Shown here: one piece after another, positions 1-12,318 of the stretch | Layout of the letters: each line of letters begins with the position of its first letter | Numbering within the stretch: the first letter of the stretch is position 1 | NCBI GenBank assembly: GCA_965153355.1 | Contig: OZ231126.1 | Coordinates: 31,186,001 to 31,250,000 of the forward strand | DNA length: 64,000 bases | DNA from: Flaccisagitta enflata | Taxonomy: Eukaryota | Direction: 5' to 3' | The notes under the pieces: model-generated | The model's database searches: none | What the model was told of the DNA's origin: nothing | The model's input: the letters and a program-made list of their open reading frames with translations, nothing else | Made by a program: the position numbers and the translations under genes

Positions 1-1859
1 GAGGAGTTGGAAAAAAATTTAAAGTCATAATAAAGATAGAAGACTTAATCCGATTGCCACAAAATTTTAGGTGGTAATTAGGTTGTATGTCATCTCATAT
101 CAGTTAATTTTTTGTGTTAATCGGATGATTTTTACAATGGTTTTCATACTTTTTTATTCCAGATCTTAGAAAAACAGACCAAAATTGACATCCTTTGCTT
201 CAGTTGCGTATACTTCTCTACTGTCTTAACAAAACATTTTCTTTGATGATCCAGCCTTCCCAGAGCCTAAAAACCATCATGAATTTGATGTGATTTTTAT
301 CAAATTTTCATAGTCAAAATGATTTAAGAAGAAACAGGTTGTTATCTCATTACCTCAGGTTTTCTTAAAAATTCCCAAATCTTTCTAATGATAAAAAGGC
401 CAGAAAAAATTGTCCGATTTGGATAACTTTTTAGGAGCTGTTAGATGAAGGTATGTATTGCTTTCAGTTCAAATTTCATCTTAATCAAAGAAGTTTTACT
501 ATGGTTTTTGGATATTCTTTTTTGAGCAATCATTCTTCACATGAGGTCAGAGCAGAAAAGGGGAAGTCTCATTTATATAGCTCTAACTTCTAAACGGTTT
601 ATGCCAGAGTTTCCAGACACAACTCAAATGAAAGATCTTTCAAAGAGCTTTCTAAACATCACCAATTTTAATTAGTTTTTCTCAATTTAAGGTGGATAGA
701 ATTAGTTTTCAAAATTCCGCCATTTTTTATTTCCCCAAGGTTACAAGCGACTGTGTTCCCCTTACGGTACAATTTGAATGATAGGACTTGCATATCATTT
801 TGCTGGCAGCGGTTTTGTTGCATAGGATCCATCTATTTTGCCAACTCATCTGCTGGCCCTTCATAAAAGCTGCAATCATGGTTTGGATATTTTCACGGTT
901 CACGGTAATCATGGTTTGGATATTTTCACAGATTTAGATAAGGTCCTTGACCTTGACACAAAATGTCTGTAGTCTGATTTTTTTTTCTTTTGCATTCAAA
1001 ATTAATGTCTCAGAAAGATGTGTACAAAAACTTTGAGTGATATGCACAAACTTATGGGACAACAATTAACATATTTCTTTTACAGATGCTTCATGCTGTG
1101 TAAACGGCGATCAGTGTATCCATCTTCGATGCCCTCTACGCCTGCTCCTCTTGATTGACCCTAACTGGGTTTTCTGCTTTTGTTCAGCCCTGACCGATTT
1201 CATTCTAAAAACCTTTTGATAATGGCAACCCCTTAAAAGACCTAAATACAATGATGGTGATGATGATGATTATGATGATTATGAGGAAATTTCCCATATG
1301 GAAAAAAGAGGAAAAGTATATGCAAAACAAGTTGAAAGGGGAAGCAGAAATGATGAGGATAATGAGGCAAAGGATGAAGGAAAAGGACTGATGGAGAAGT
1401 GTCAGCGCCAATGACCTCACATTCAACTGTGAATAGTTCATTCAAGGACAGCACCGTAAACACAAAAGTGCAAAACTACTATGGTACTCATGGTCGCGAG
1501 GCTGACAACTCTCCAAGCCCTTTAAAAAATGAATTACTCATCAACTTTTCCAAAATCTTCAAAAAGCACATCCGAGAAGATCATTAATTCTCATCCCTGC
1601 ATCCAACGTCCGCATGAAATTAAAAGAGGCAGTCTTAAATCAGACCATAAATCCTATTCTCAAAGAGGAAGAACTGAAGAGGCGACTCAAGAAACGATCA
1701 GTAACTGTATTAAAGGATCTAGACATAATTGGCCAGAACTCTCCTGATGTACTGGTCCCAAGCACAATATCCCCTATGAACAAGAGTGTTGCTGAATAAA
1801 CTTCACAAACAAATTCTTCAATGAAAGAAGTATTTGATTTTGCGGGTATATTAGAAATT

Positions 1860-2780
1860 TTTTTTTTGGTATTTACAGGTATTTGTAGGTATTTTCAGAT
1901 ATTTTTGGGTATTTTTAGAATATATTGATGTATTTATATTTTAAAAACATTGTGGGACATTTTGGGACATTTTTTAGCATTGTGGCACATTTTGGAACAT
2001 TGTGGAAATTGCGTTGTGGAATGTAAGATATGAAAGAAAGGAGGAAGGAAGAAATGATAGAAAGAAGGGGGAAGGAAGGAGGGAAAGAAAGAAGGAAGGA
2101 AGGAATATGTACATAGTTGTGTGTGTTTTTGTAAAACAGAGCACGCAACTGTTAACCGGTTGGGCATATGTTATTATCTGACTATGTGATTATGTGATAA
2201 TATGCGTTACTTAAGGGTACTTTTGGGAAATCATGTTATGTAATATTATGTAAATATGATATTTTGTAAATATGTTATTATGTTATTATGTTATTATGTT
2301 ATCATGTTATTATGTTATTATGTTATTATGTTATTATGTTATTATGTTATTATGTTATTATGTTATCATGTTATCATGTTATCATGTTTCAGACTTGTTT
2401 CAGATGTTTTTGGTAATTTTAGGTATTTTCAGATGCTGTGGGTACTTTAAGGTGTTTTTTAGTATTTATGCATATTTTTGGGTATTTTTGGGTCTTTTGG
2501 GTATTTCTAGGTATTTTTTCATATTTTTGGGTATTATACGGTATTTTGGTATTTTGGGAATTTTTGGGTATTTTTAGTATTTTTGGGTATTTTTAGTATT
2601 TTTTGGTATTTTTGTGTATTTTGTGTATTTTTGGGTGTTTTGAGTCTTTTGGGCATAATGGATAGGTATTTTTTGGGGGGTATTTCTCGGTATTTTTTGT
2701 ATTCTAGGTACTTAAGGTACTTTAGGGTGCTTTCAGATATTTTTGGGTACTTTTTTGTAATTTTTATCATTTTTTGAGTA
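1860..2780. repeat. Degenerate short-period tandem arrays (about 10-bp TTTTGGGTA-like and TGTGGGACAT-like units; 8-bp TGTTATTA)
   Basis: Visible periodic low-complexity sequence. The ORFs here are repeat artefacts. Confidence 0.8.
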
Positions 2781-2889
2781 ATTTTGTGCATTAGTGGCCT
2801 TAATGCAATAACACAATGCATTAGTGGCCCTAATTGTTTGAGCATGTAAACATAAGCTTCATTAAAGATCTCTTGTGCAATCAATACAT

Positions 2890-3590
2890 ACAGTTGCTAT
2901 GTAGTTGTAGTATGTAGTTGTAGTATGTAGTTGTAGTATGTAGTTGTAGTATGTAGTTGTAGTATGTAGTTGTAGTATGTAGTTGTAGTTGTAGTATGTA
3001 GTTGTAGTATGTAGTATGTAGTTGTAGAATGTAGTTGTAGTATGTAGTTGTAGTATGTAGTTGTAGTATGTAGTCGTAGTATGTAGTATGTAGTTGTAGT
3101 ATGAAGTTGTAGTATGTAGTTGTAGTATGTAGTTGTTGTATGTAGTTGTTGTATGTAGTTGTAGTAGGTAGTTGTAGTATGAAGTTGTAGCATGAGGTTG
3201 TAGTACGAGGTTGTAGTATGAAGTTGTAGTATGAAGTTGTAGTATGAAGTTGTAGTGTATAAAGTTGTGTAGTTGTCAGTAACAAATCATTGTAGCATAT
3301 AGTATATTTGAAGTTGCAGTATGTACTATTGCAGTATGAAGTTATTTAGTATGAAGTCGCAGTATGTGGATGTATGCATGTAGTATGTATGTAGTATGTA
3401 TGTAGTATGAATGTAATATGTATGTAATATGGAGTTGTAGTATGTAGTTGAAGTATGTAGTTGTAGTATGTTGTTGTCAGCGATGTATGGCATGGGACGT
3501 CAGGGACATCACGTGACGTCCCTGCTGTCAGGCTTGAAAGTTTGTCGGGCTTGAAAATGTGTTGTGAAGAAATTTTTGTAGAAAGGGAGA

Positions 3591-3686
<96 letters not shown>

Positions 3687-4205
3687 GCTGGCTGACAGAC
3701 AGACAGACAGACAATTAGACAGACAGGCTAACAGAAAGACAGGCAGGCAGACATTAAAACAGAATAAAATTTATTTAATCATATCCTATGGGGGAAATAT
3801 TGAATTAGTTAGCAAAACAAAATGACGCAAGGGTTTGATGGATATGTAATGATAATTAGTATACTTTGCCCTTACCTGCTATACAGTTTTTCTAGATACT
3901 TTTTCAGCAAAATACACTGAATTGTATGAATGAATTAAAAACAGATTTATTTGTTAAAGAAATAACCATCTAAATGAGAATTACTCTTTTATTTGTTATT
4001 TTTTTGTCTAGAATTGGCTTAGAAAGCATAGGAATCATAGCAAATCAGCCAAAAGGCCGTCGTGCTTAGATTTGCTGTCGTGCTTGGAATTGGCTGTGAA
4101 GTCCCTAGGCTCAAAGCTGCCATACATCGCTGGTTGTTGTAGTATATAGTTGTAGCATGTAGTTGTAGCAAGTAGTTGTAGTATGTAGTTGTAGCATGTA
4201 GTCGT
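2890..4205. repeat. 13-bp minisatellite (GTAGTTGTAGTAT)n, interrupted by a hAT-like MITE
   Basis: Array at 2890-3477 resumes at 4133-4205. Confidence 0.9.
3478..4132. mobile_element. hAT-like non-autonomous element (MITE) containing (GA)n
   Basis: 15-bp TIR CAGCGATGTATGGCA / TGCCATACATCGCTG. 8-bp TSD GTTGTTGT at 3470-3477 and 4133-4140. Confidence 0.85.
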
Positions 4206-5200
4206 AAATTGGAGGTGGGTCATTTTTTTGTCTAAAATTGCCAATTCTTCAAAAAATTGACTTTTTTAGACCTGCTTCTACAGTCAATAAAATAAATTGG
4301 AGGTCATAATGATTAAAAATTTATCTACCATCAGCAAGAGCAGCAAAAGCTCTTCAATTTGGTCACCAATTTCATGCAAAATGGTCTATCTAAAGCCAAA
4401 ATATGTTGAAATCTGTGAGGGATGTCAAGATTGCCACCAAAATCAATGCTGCAATTTGACCTACATAACCCTCATCTTTGAAATGCTGTAAAATCTCAAC
4501 AAATGAAGTCAGAAACATGCGGATTGCACCATTGGTTAGCTCTTGAGTTCTAGTTTCATAATCTCATGGATTGTTATTTCGATTTCCAAGCACTATGGGC
4601 CCAATTGTGAGGCCAAAAGGGCTAAAATGACCAAAAATCGCTATTTTGACAAAACCTATGATCTTTGTAGTTCTGTAAAATCTGAATGCCATAGCATTGC
4701 AACCTGCCGATTGCACCGCTAGTTGGCGCTAGTGCAGTAGTTTATTTTGCTCATGGATTTTTGGTCATTTCTCAAATTGGAGGTGGGTGAATTTTTTGTT
4801 AAAAAATGCTAAATTTTCAAAAAAAATTCACTTTTTTACATCTGCTTCTACAATTAATAGAAAAAATTTGGCGTCATATTGATCAAAAATCCATTTGACA
4901 TCAGCTAGAGCAGCAAAAACACTTCAATTTGGTCACCAAATTCGTGCAAATTGGTCAATCCAAAGCCAAAATATGTTGAAATCCGTGGAAGATGTTGATA
5001 TTGCCACTGAATTTGAGATTGCAATTTAACCTCCTTAACCCTCATCTTTAAAAAGCTGTAGAATCTCATCTAATGAAGATAGAAACATGCAGATTGCACC
5101 ACTGGTTAGCTCTTGAGCTCTAGTTTTATAATCTCATGGATTTTGAGTCTTTTTTCTCAGGCCAAGTGACCCAATTTTGAGATTGAAATGACCTAAAAAC
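4206..5200. repeat. Diverged ~568-bp direct duplication with internal subrepeats; likely arm fragment of a large TIR/foldback element
   Basis: AAATTGGAGGTGGGT... at 4206 and 4774. GATTGCACC..GGTTAGCTC-like submotif near 4522, 4709 and 5092. Confidence 0.7.
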
Positions 5201-5837
5201 AAGATTTGTACCACAGCCACCACTTAATGCCCATCAAAATTTGAAAAGTGCTAGTTGCAAAATCCATTCAAAAACCCGTTCATTGGTCCTCGGCCCTCTA
5301 TTTGACCATATGGGATGCAAAAAACATCGGGCTAGGGTTGTCATATTGAATATGGGGCAAAGTCTGCTATCTAATATACAGGAAACGTGGATGCTGAGAA
5401 TAAGGATTTTAAAACAATTTTGAAAATAATTGGTGTCAACACATGACTAGTTCGAAATATTTCTACTATAGTTCTACTAATTGATTGATTTTCATGTGTT
5501 TATGTTCCGTCTGTTCCGTCTCTGTTCTGATTTGGTCCATTATATCACAATCATTACAATCCAACTGTCTGTTGAGTTGCTCAGTTCTTTGTTTCGCTTT
5601 CAAGGAACTCATCTTGTCCTTATTCTAGTTTTGGTTGTTAAGAAATGTTGTCCAACTCATAAGTTGACCTTACACATAATATACCGTAGTAAAAATTTCT
5701 GCCTTACTGTTATTTGATTTTTTGATATAGAAAAATTGATATAGAAAAATTAAAAAAAACCCACTGATTTTGAATTGCATAGCCTGCTTGACCATACGTG
5801 TCTGACCTTGGTCATGTACTCGATGTAATTCAATATA

Positions 5838-6427
5838 CAATCTTGGAAAAAAAAATCATCCGCCCTGCAATAAAAACATATTTATTAGCATAGAAACAGT
5901 GATAAATCAGTTACAAATCCATGGATAATTAGTTTTAGCTCCTTTTGATTAAATCAGGGCCGCTATTTGTTGGGGAAGTGATTTGTAGAGCTTCAAGATG
6001 TAATTCTGGAGTGATGGGTCTCCAGATCTTTCTCACAATTTTTTTTTATCTCTTTTTCCACTACATTTACATTCATAGCTACCAAAAGATACTTCAAATC
6101 ATAAAATAATTGGTGACTAAAATGAAGCCCATCAAATTTACAAGCTGTCTGCGCAAACCGCATCTCTCTAGCTCAATGCGTTTTGAATAAATTTGAAAAA
6201 CAGTGAAGAGATCTCACAAATTTGTTTAGAAATGGCACAAGAGAAATTAAAGTATTTCAATCAAATTTTAATAACTTTTAAACGCATTGAGCTAGAGGGA
6301 TGCGGTTTGCGCAGATCTCTTGCAAATTTGAAGGGCTTTAATTGTTTCACCAATTTTTTGATAATTGGTTGATTCTAACCTGAGATATACATGTAAACCT
6401 GCCGGAAAATTTTTTTTTCCAAGATAG
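5838..6427. mobile_element. Tc1/mariner-like MITE
   Basis: TA|CAATCTTGGAAAAAAA ... TTTTTTTCCAAGATAG|TA. Internal inverted repeat about 6110-6185 vs 6278-6355. Confidence 0.7.
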
Positions 6428-6508
6428 TAGACAGAGATATAAACAAAGTTAAAATAGTAAATACATCAAAAAGAAATTTGAAAAAAAAAAGAAAAAGATT
6501 TCACTCAC

Positions 6509-6595
6509 ACATTTTCCTCTGAGCCACCATTCAATGACTTGGACGACGCCAGTTGTTGCATCAGCTACACCGCATGACGCCCACGGCACAGGAGA
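6509..6595 (-). CDS. SLC6 transporter coding exon 4 (start of extracellular loop 2)
   Basis: cttttatcag|TCT CCT GTG... gives SPVPWASCGVADATTGVVQVIEWWLRGKC, matching the EL2 PWxxC...C motif. Donor TGT|GTGAGT. 87 nt. Later exons were not found in 1-6500. Confidence 0.85.
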
Positions 6596-6605
6596 CTGAT
6601 AAAAG

Positions 6606-6814
<209 letters not shown>

Positions 6815-7168
6815 AAGTGTTTTTTTATGCTTTTACTAGTGTTATACAGAAATAAAGTGAAACAAATGAAAGGAGAAGATAACAGTTAAACTTTTTCTTT
6901 GATGAATGAGCAAATGACCTTAGTAGGTCAGTTACCAGTGGTTAGACCTCTGCAGATATCATCGTCAAAGCAGCTTCATTTTGAATATAAGCTTTTTTTG
7001 TCGAAATGGTTTAGGCTGATCTGAAATTTTGACAAGCATATTAGTAAAGCTATAGGCTCCACAAGTAAAGAACGACTTAGAGCCCATTTCTCGACTGAAA
7101 TTCAGTGATGTAGTGTAGCAGATTTCATAAGGCCAGATATACTAGGCCTCATTTTCTCCAGAACTTAC

Positions 7169-7318
7169 TTGCATCGACGCAAACAAAAAGTACAGCGTAT
7201 AAGCGATGATGACGGTGTAGTAGATGCTGATTAGTGCGGACGAAATGACCATCGCGTAGCCTAAGCCCTTCCACAACGGACTTACTTTCCAAATGGCCAA
7301 TGGTCCCAAACTTGCAAA
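7169..7318 (-). CDS. SLC6 transporter coding exon 3 (TM3)
   Basis: tttgacag|TTT GCA... gives [50 protein letters not shown]. Donor CAA|GTAAGT. 150 nt, phase 0-0. Not in the ORF track in this frame. Confidence 0.93.
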
Positions 7319-7491
7319 CTGTCAAAGAAAGGTATAAAAGTTTGAATGCAACTGCTTGTGTAGTGATAACCTGGCCTTCTCCCATGACGTGCAACCGCCA
7401 ATTTCCAATATAGTGACCAGTGTTCGCCGACCACTATGAAGGATGGATCAAGAATATGACAAAACGTGGCTTTGTTTGAAGTTTTTGTTAC

Positions 7492-7582
7492 CTGCCCAAA
7501 TGCCATTTCCAAAAAGAAAATTGGCAGACCAACGAGAGTCAACATCACAATGTATGGTATCAAAAATGCGCCTCCGCCATTC
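7492..7582 (-). CDS. SLC6 transporter coding exon 2 (TM2)
   Basis: catcacag|G AAT GGC... gives (K)[30 protein letters not shown]. Donor CAG|GTAACA. 91 nt; phase matches exon 1. Confidence 0.93.
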
Positions 7583-7750
7583 CTGTGATGAAACAATTAG
7601 GACAATGAAAGAATATTGGCGACTTAACGTCACAACGTATGAAATGAAGAAATACACCACCACTGTTGCTGAATTTGAACATGGAGAATGCCATCACTTC
7701 ATCATAATGAGACCGCTGCAAGAGCTTCAATGTGGGAGCTACCCTCAATA

Positions 7751-8053
7751 GGGTGGTCACGAAATAGGGTCAAATTTCAAAAAGTGATATAGTCTAATTT
7801 TTTGCATATATGTACGAAATAAGAAGGTTTTCCCACAAGTAGAGGTCTTTATTTGAAGAATAAACCATGGCGGCAAAACTATAGGCTTCCTATGGCAGTA
7901 AAAAAATCCCCATAGTAAACCTACGGTTTTGCCGACAAGGTTTCTTGATTGATTTCACACCCCAGCTTATGAGAAATCCTTCTTTTATTGGATATTTATG
8001 CAAAGGGCTCAAGTACATCAATATATGAAATTTGATCCAATTCCGGACCACCC
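7751..8053. mobile_element. Tc1/mariner-like MITE in SLC6 intron 1
   Basis: TA|GGGTGGTCACGAAATAGGGTCAAATTTCA ... TGAAATTTGATCCAATTCCGGACCACCC|TA. Confidence 0.75.
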
Positions 8054-8120
8054 TAACCCTCAACAGACAAAAAAAATTGAGTTGCAACAATCTTTGATTT
8101 TTAAGTTGAAGATGAGATAG

Positions 8121-8651
8121 AACAAGGTCATTAGACCTAAGTCGCGTGCGTCGGCACTTTTGGAAAAGTTAGGCAGACAGACAGATGAACAGACTATAAC
8201 ATTTAAAATGACCTTTAAACTAGCAACAGAAAGCCCTAAAAACAACTTAGTGACAAACCAATGGACAGACAGATGGATGGACGGACAGATGGATGGACAA
8301 ACAGAGGGCAGACGGACCAAAAGTGGCTTACAGAGGTGTATGAATGACGTAAAAACATTCAATAACATTTAAAATAAATTTAAATTGCCTGAGACGCCCT
8401 TTATACAACTTTGTGACAGACAGACGGATAAACCAACAGACCAACTGATTTACCAAAAAGTGGCTTAAAGAGGTTCATAAATGCCTTAGAAACATTCAAA
8501 AACATTCTAAACGTCTTTATTTTGTCTGAATCGCGTATAAGACAGTTTTGTGACCAACCGACCGACCAACCGACCAATCAACGGACCGACGGACCGACGG
8601 ACTGACGGACCGAAAAGTGGCTTATAGAGTCGCGTAGCACGCGACTAAAAA
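8121..8651 (-). mobile_element. DINE-1/HINE-like element, family A
   Basis: 5' TTTTAGTCGCGTGCTACGCGACT hairpin/subTIR, (GTCC/GTCG)n tracts, 3' subTIR GCACGCGACT and CCTTGTT end. Confidence 0.7.
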
Positions 8652-8900
8652 CTCTGAAATTGATTTCCCCGTCAGCTTTCGCCTTTGGCTCTCCAATTTC
8701 TGCAAAGTTTCTTTGATATCTGTTTTAATTCTCTTAAAAATGAGTAAGACATCAGTATTTTGGTCGGAGAAAGAGGGCCTAATGTGGGCCGATTAGAATC
8801 ATCTCCAATAGTCAGGTTGAGATAGGTAGGAAAAAGATAGCAACCAATTTCATTAAAGACCAAGGAAGGTGAATCTATTTTAGCAATCAATTGGACTTAC

Positions 8901-8977
8901 TTGTAGCAGAGATAAGGAAATCTCCAGACATTTCCAAGACCAACAGCGTAAGAAATGCTAGTGAGGATGAAATCCAG
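8901..8977 (-). pseudogene. Tandem duplicate of the 3' end of the SLC6 TM1 exon (orphan or alternative exon fragment)
   Basis: Encodes [25 protein letters not shown](K) with its own AA|GTAAGT donor at 8900. Offset 103 nt from the homologous segment 9004-9080. Confidence 0.8.
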
Positions 8978-9003
8978 CTCTAAGTCTAAGATTGTTTACT
9001 TAC

Positions 9004-9251
9004 TTGTAGCATAGATAAGGAAATCTCCAGACATTTCCAAGGCCAACGGCGTAAGATATGCAAGTTAGGATAAATTCCAATTTCCCACCCCAAGCACCAC
9101 GATCACCACCAGACTCTACTGTTGTCAGTGTCTCTTTGGAATTGGCGGTTGTTGTTATTGTCGTTGACGATTGTGTTGTTGACAATGTTGTTGACGATTG
9201 TGTCGTTGACAATGTTGTTGAGGGTGGTTTCATTGTCGAATTTTTAGTCAT
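9004..9251 (-). CDS. SLC6 (sodium:neurotransmitter symporter family) amino-acid transporter, glycine/proline-transporter-like; first recognisable coding exon (N-terminus + TM1)
   Basis: Translates MTKNST...[33 protein letters not shown](K), the SLC6 TM1 signature. Gly in AVGLGN indicates an amino-acid rather than monoamine transporter. Donor AA|GTAAGT at 9003, phase 2. Start at ATG 9251 is likely but an upstream exon is not excluded. Confidence 0.93.
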
Positions 9252-9398
9252 TTTTCGCTAAATCTGAATCAGATTGTCTGTTTTACTGGTAACGGGTAAG
9301 GGCGGATTTCGAAAAGGTTGAATCAAAGATTAGAAATATCATCGATACAAGGCTTGTTTTGATGATCAGTGTGTATGTATGAGTGAATTAAAGGGGCG

Positions 9399-9516
<118 letters not shown>

Positions 9517-9759
9517 ATTTTCTATTTCGGCTCTGGTGGTGCTGTTGTTCTTAAATCCTATTTTCGTGGCATGATCTGCTTCTAATTCACCCCTTTTTTA
9601 CTCAGTCTCTCTATCCCAGCATTTAGGTTGGAGGAAATATAAGTAAAGAACATAGAATCGGTATAAGCACTTGTACAGAAATCACTTACCAAACAATTCT
9701 TCCGCTCCTCTTTCTCTTCTTTCTCTTTTTATTCCTTAAGTGCCCCTAACCTTCACTCC

Positions 9760-10037
9760 TTTTTAGTCGCGTGCTACGCGACTCTATGAACCGCTATGTT
9801 GGTCGGTCGGTCGGTCGGACGGTTGGTCGGTCGGTCGGTCGGTCGGTTGGTCGGTCGGTCGGTCGGTTGGTTGGTTGGTTGGTCGGTTGGTCGGTCCCCG
9901 TTAGTTTTTTTTAGGCGTTTTTGGGCGTTTTTTTGCATTACTGCTCCTGCTTTTAGTTGTTTTATCTTTTGATCTTTTGGTTTTTTAGTCTTTTAGTCTT
10001 CAAGACCGCACGCGACTTGTAACGCGATGGCCTTGTT
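9760..10037 (+). mobile_element. DINE-1/HINE-like element, family A
   Basis: TTTTTAGTCGCGTGCTACGCGACT, (GGTC)n, GCACGCGACT...GGCCTTGTT. Confidence 0.75.
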
Positions 10038-10044
10038 AATATTA

Positions 10045-10637
10045 CTACCTAGTAAGTATATGGACAAGCATTTTGGGCAATATCTCCTCTTAAAATAAAA
10101 ATTTCATTTGAAAATCGGTGAGATTCTGAAACTAGATTGAATTTCTGATTGAATGCCGCCAACCGCGTTTTGCTAGCTCAAACCGTTTAGAAATGACAAG
10201 CAAAATAAAACTGCCACTCAAAATGAAAAATGGAGAAAACATTGCTGTAGTTTTCTGTGCTTGATCAGAAGTTGTATTTTCGCCTCAATAAAGCCATGGG
10301 ATAACAAACATAGAGCCCGACTGTCCCCGGCTTGGCCTCTGTACACTTCTTCCTCAATGCCTTTGAGTCACTGTGGTGACAATTGACGCACCACCAGATT
10401 GAGAGCATGCAAAGTCAGCTATAGGTCTGAAATCATTTGCCCTCATGGTCTGAAGGAAGATCACCCCATCTAACCGCAAACCTCTCATGGAAACCATGCA
10501 AAGGCGTAAGAAGGCAGTTGTGGATGCTTAGAGTAGCCACAGGAAGTATCAGAAGCATTTGGGAATTGTATTTTGTATGATTGTTTAAAAAACTATATAA
10601 TTATCATATTTTGTCCATATACTTTTGCTCTAAGTAG
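10045..10637 (+). mobile_element. Internally deleted Tc1-like transposon with decayed transposase C-terminus
   Basis: TA-flanked imperfect TIRs (AAGTATATGGACAA / TTGTCCATATACTT). Frameshifted WP....LNAFESLW at 10333-10376 and LMETMQRRKKAVVDA*SSHRKY at 10484-10549 match the Tc1 motifs WPxxSPDLNPIExxW and SMPxRxxAVIxAxGGxTKY. Confidence 0.75.
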
Positions 10638-12318
10638 TATACCACTATTTCCTTTTCTGTGTACTATTCTTAACTACTTGTTCTTATTTTTGTTCTTGTT
10701 CTTTTCTTGTTCTTGTTCTTGTTCTTGTTGACTTTCAAGTGGTGCACGACTCCAGAGGTTGGTGTATCATGTGTTGTTGTAGTCGTTGTTGCCCAGGAAT
10801 CACTATCGTTAGGCAATTATGAAAAAAGAAATTAATCATCTTTCTGGGAAATTATGTATTTGAAAAAGAATTGTAAATCACGATGTAATTACGTAATTGT
10901 GGTACGGTAAAACGGAGCGGGCGACCGTTGCCCTGTTTAGCCTCCAGAGGGCGCTGGCATGGCTGCTTTTTGCTTCAACCACTGAAATATCATGAAGGTG
11001 GTCTAAAAACTATATTGATCGAGAACGTTTAATGTGGAAATGAAAATGAAATTTCATTCACACTTGGCCATTAATAGAACAAATAATAAATCTTTCCAAA
11101 CCATGAAACATGTCTGCGCATGGTGAAAGAAAGGAATTCGTCCAGAATGAAATGTATGATCGTAATGAATGATAACGTTTTCACATTGTAACCTTTAAAA
11201 AATGTATTACTTACTGACATAAAAAGAAATGTCTTCTATGATGTTGTAATCAAAAGATATTAAAGAAAATCGAGGCGCGATACACGGCTACCGAAGACAC
11301 GTACGGGTGGGCAGGTGGGCATGCAGAAACCGCTGGTAAACGCCAAAAAAGTAAAATGTGATGGACGGAACGACAGACTGATGGATAGACAAAACAGGGT
11401 GTAGAGTTGCGTAGCTTTCTACTAAAAAGATAGAGATTTATAAAACAAGGCTTATATTTTAGAACCTATGTTCATGAGCTGAGAAATACTTTTTATTTGA
11501 AAGTAGGAATGGTTCTCACCCATAAAAGACTAATAAGTGTAACTTAAGGACAGACTGTTCAACCAACCAACGGACGAGCCGAAAAACAGGGTGATGAGTA
11601 GAACTGCATCAACGCCATTAAAAAGCAGGAATCCATACACAAAACTGATCTAGGCATTAATACAAAATATGGAAAAAGAGGTAAAACGTGGCTTTGATCA
11701 CATGCATCTCACTCATGCACGCTCATTGGAAAAGTTTTTCCCTCTTTTTTTTGGCGCTTACTACTAGTTCCTAAAAACAAACGAGATGAGCCTCTTTAAC
11801 ATCGTAAAAGCTCGGTAGTAAGGGGGAACTTCAGTGTCATGTCATGGTCATGTCATATCGAGGGAGAAGGTTTGGATGTTGATGATGCGTACATAGAGGA
11901 AGCGAATATCTTTTCATCAAGTTGTTAGTGGCCGATTAGTACTGATTCGAAATATCATTCTGTCCCAACATTCACTCCCAAACCAAGGGACAAAGAAACT
12001 GTCTGACTGCTTGAATGATACGGTGTATAATCGACTTACGCACACACGACACTCCTCTGAAATCTTTACTTTTAACCAATGACGTGGGTAAATCGTACTG
12101 CGAGGTGAAAAAAAATGTTTTTTTTCTTGTGATAATTCTATTTTGCATTTTCCAAATGATATTGACACACACGTCATATGAAAATTTAAAAGATATACAA
12201 TCAGATAAATTGAGCTGATTTGTAAATGAATTTTCAAATGAAATGTATCAGTTATGTCAAAGCAAAAAAATCTGGTCTGGGAAGGAAAAACAAAGCTTAG
12301 CTTTTTCTTCATCTGTAG

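Noticed and set aside
8978..9003. A tiny 18- or 24-nt intron joining the two SLC6 TM1 copies into one mRNA
   Set aside because: Both AGs put the second copy out of frame after the phase-2 donor, and the intron would be implausibly short.
9685..12040. Minus-strand GTAAGT donors near 9690 and 12039 as SLC6 5' UTR exons
   Set aside because: The motifs alone are not sufficient evidence; transcript data are needed.
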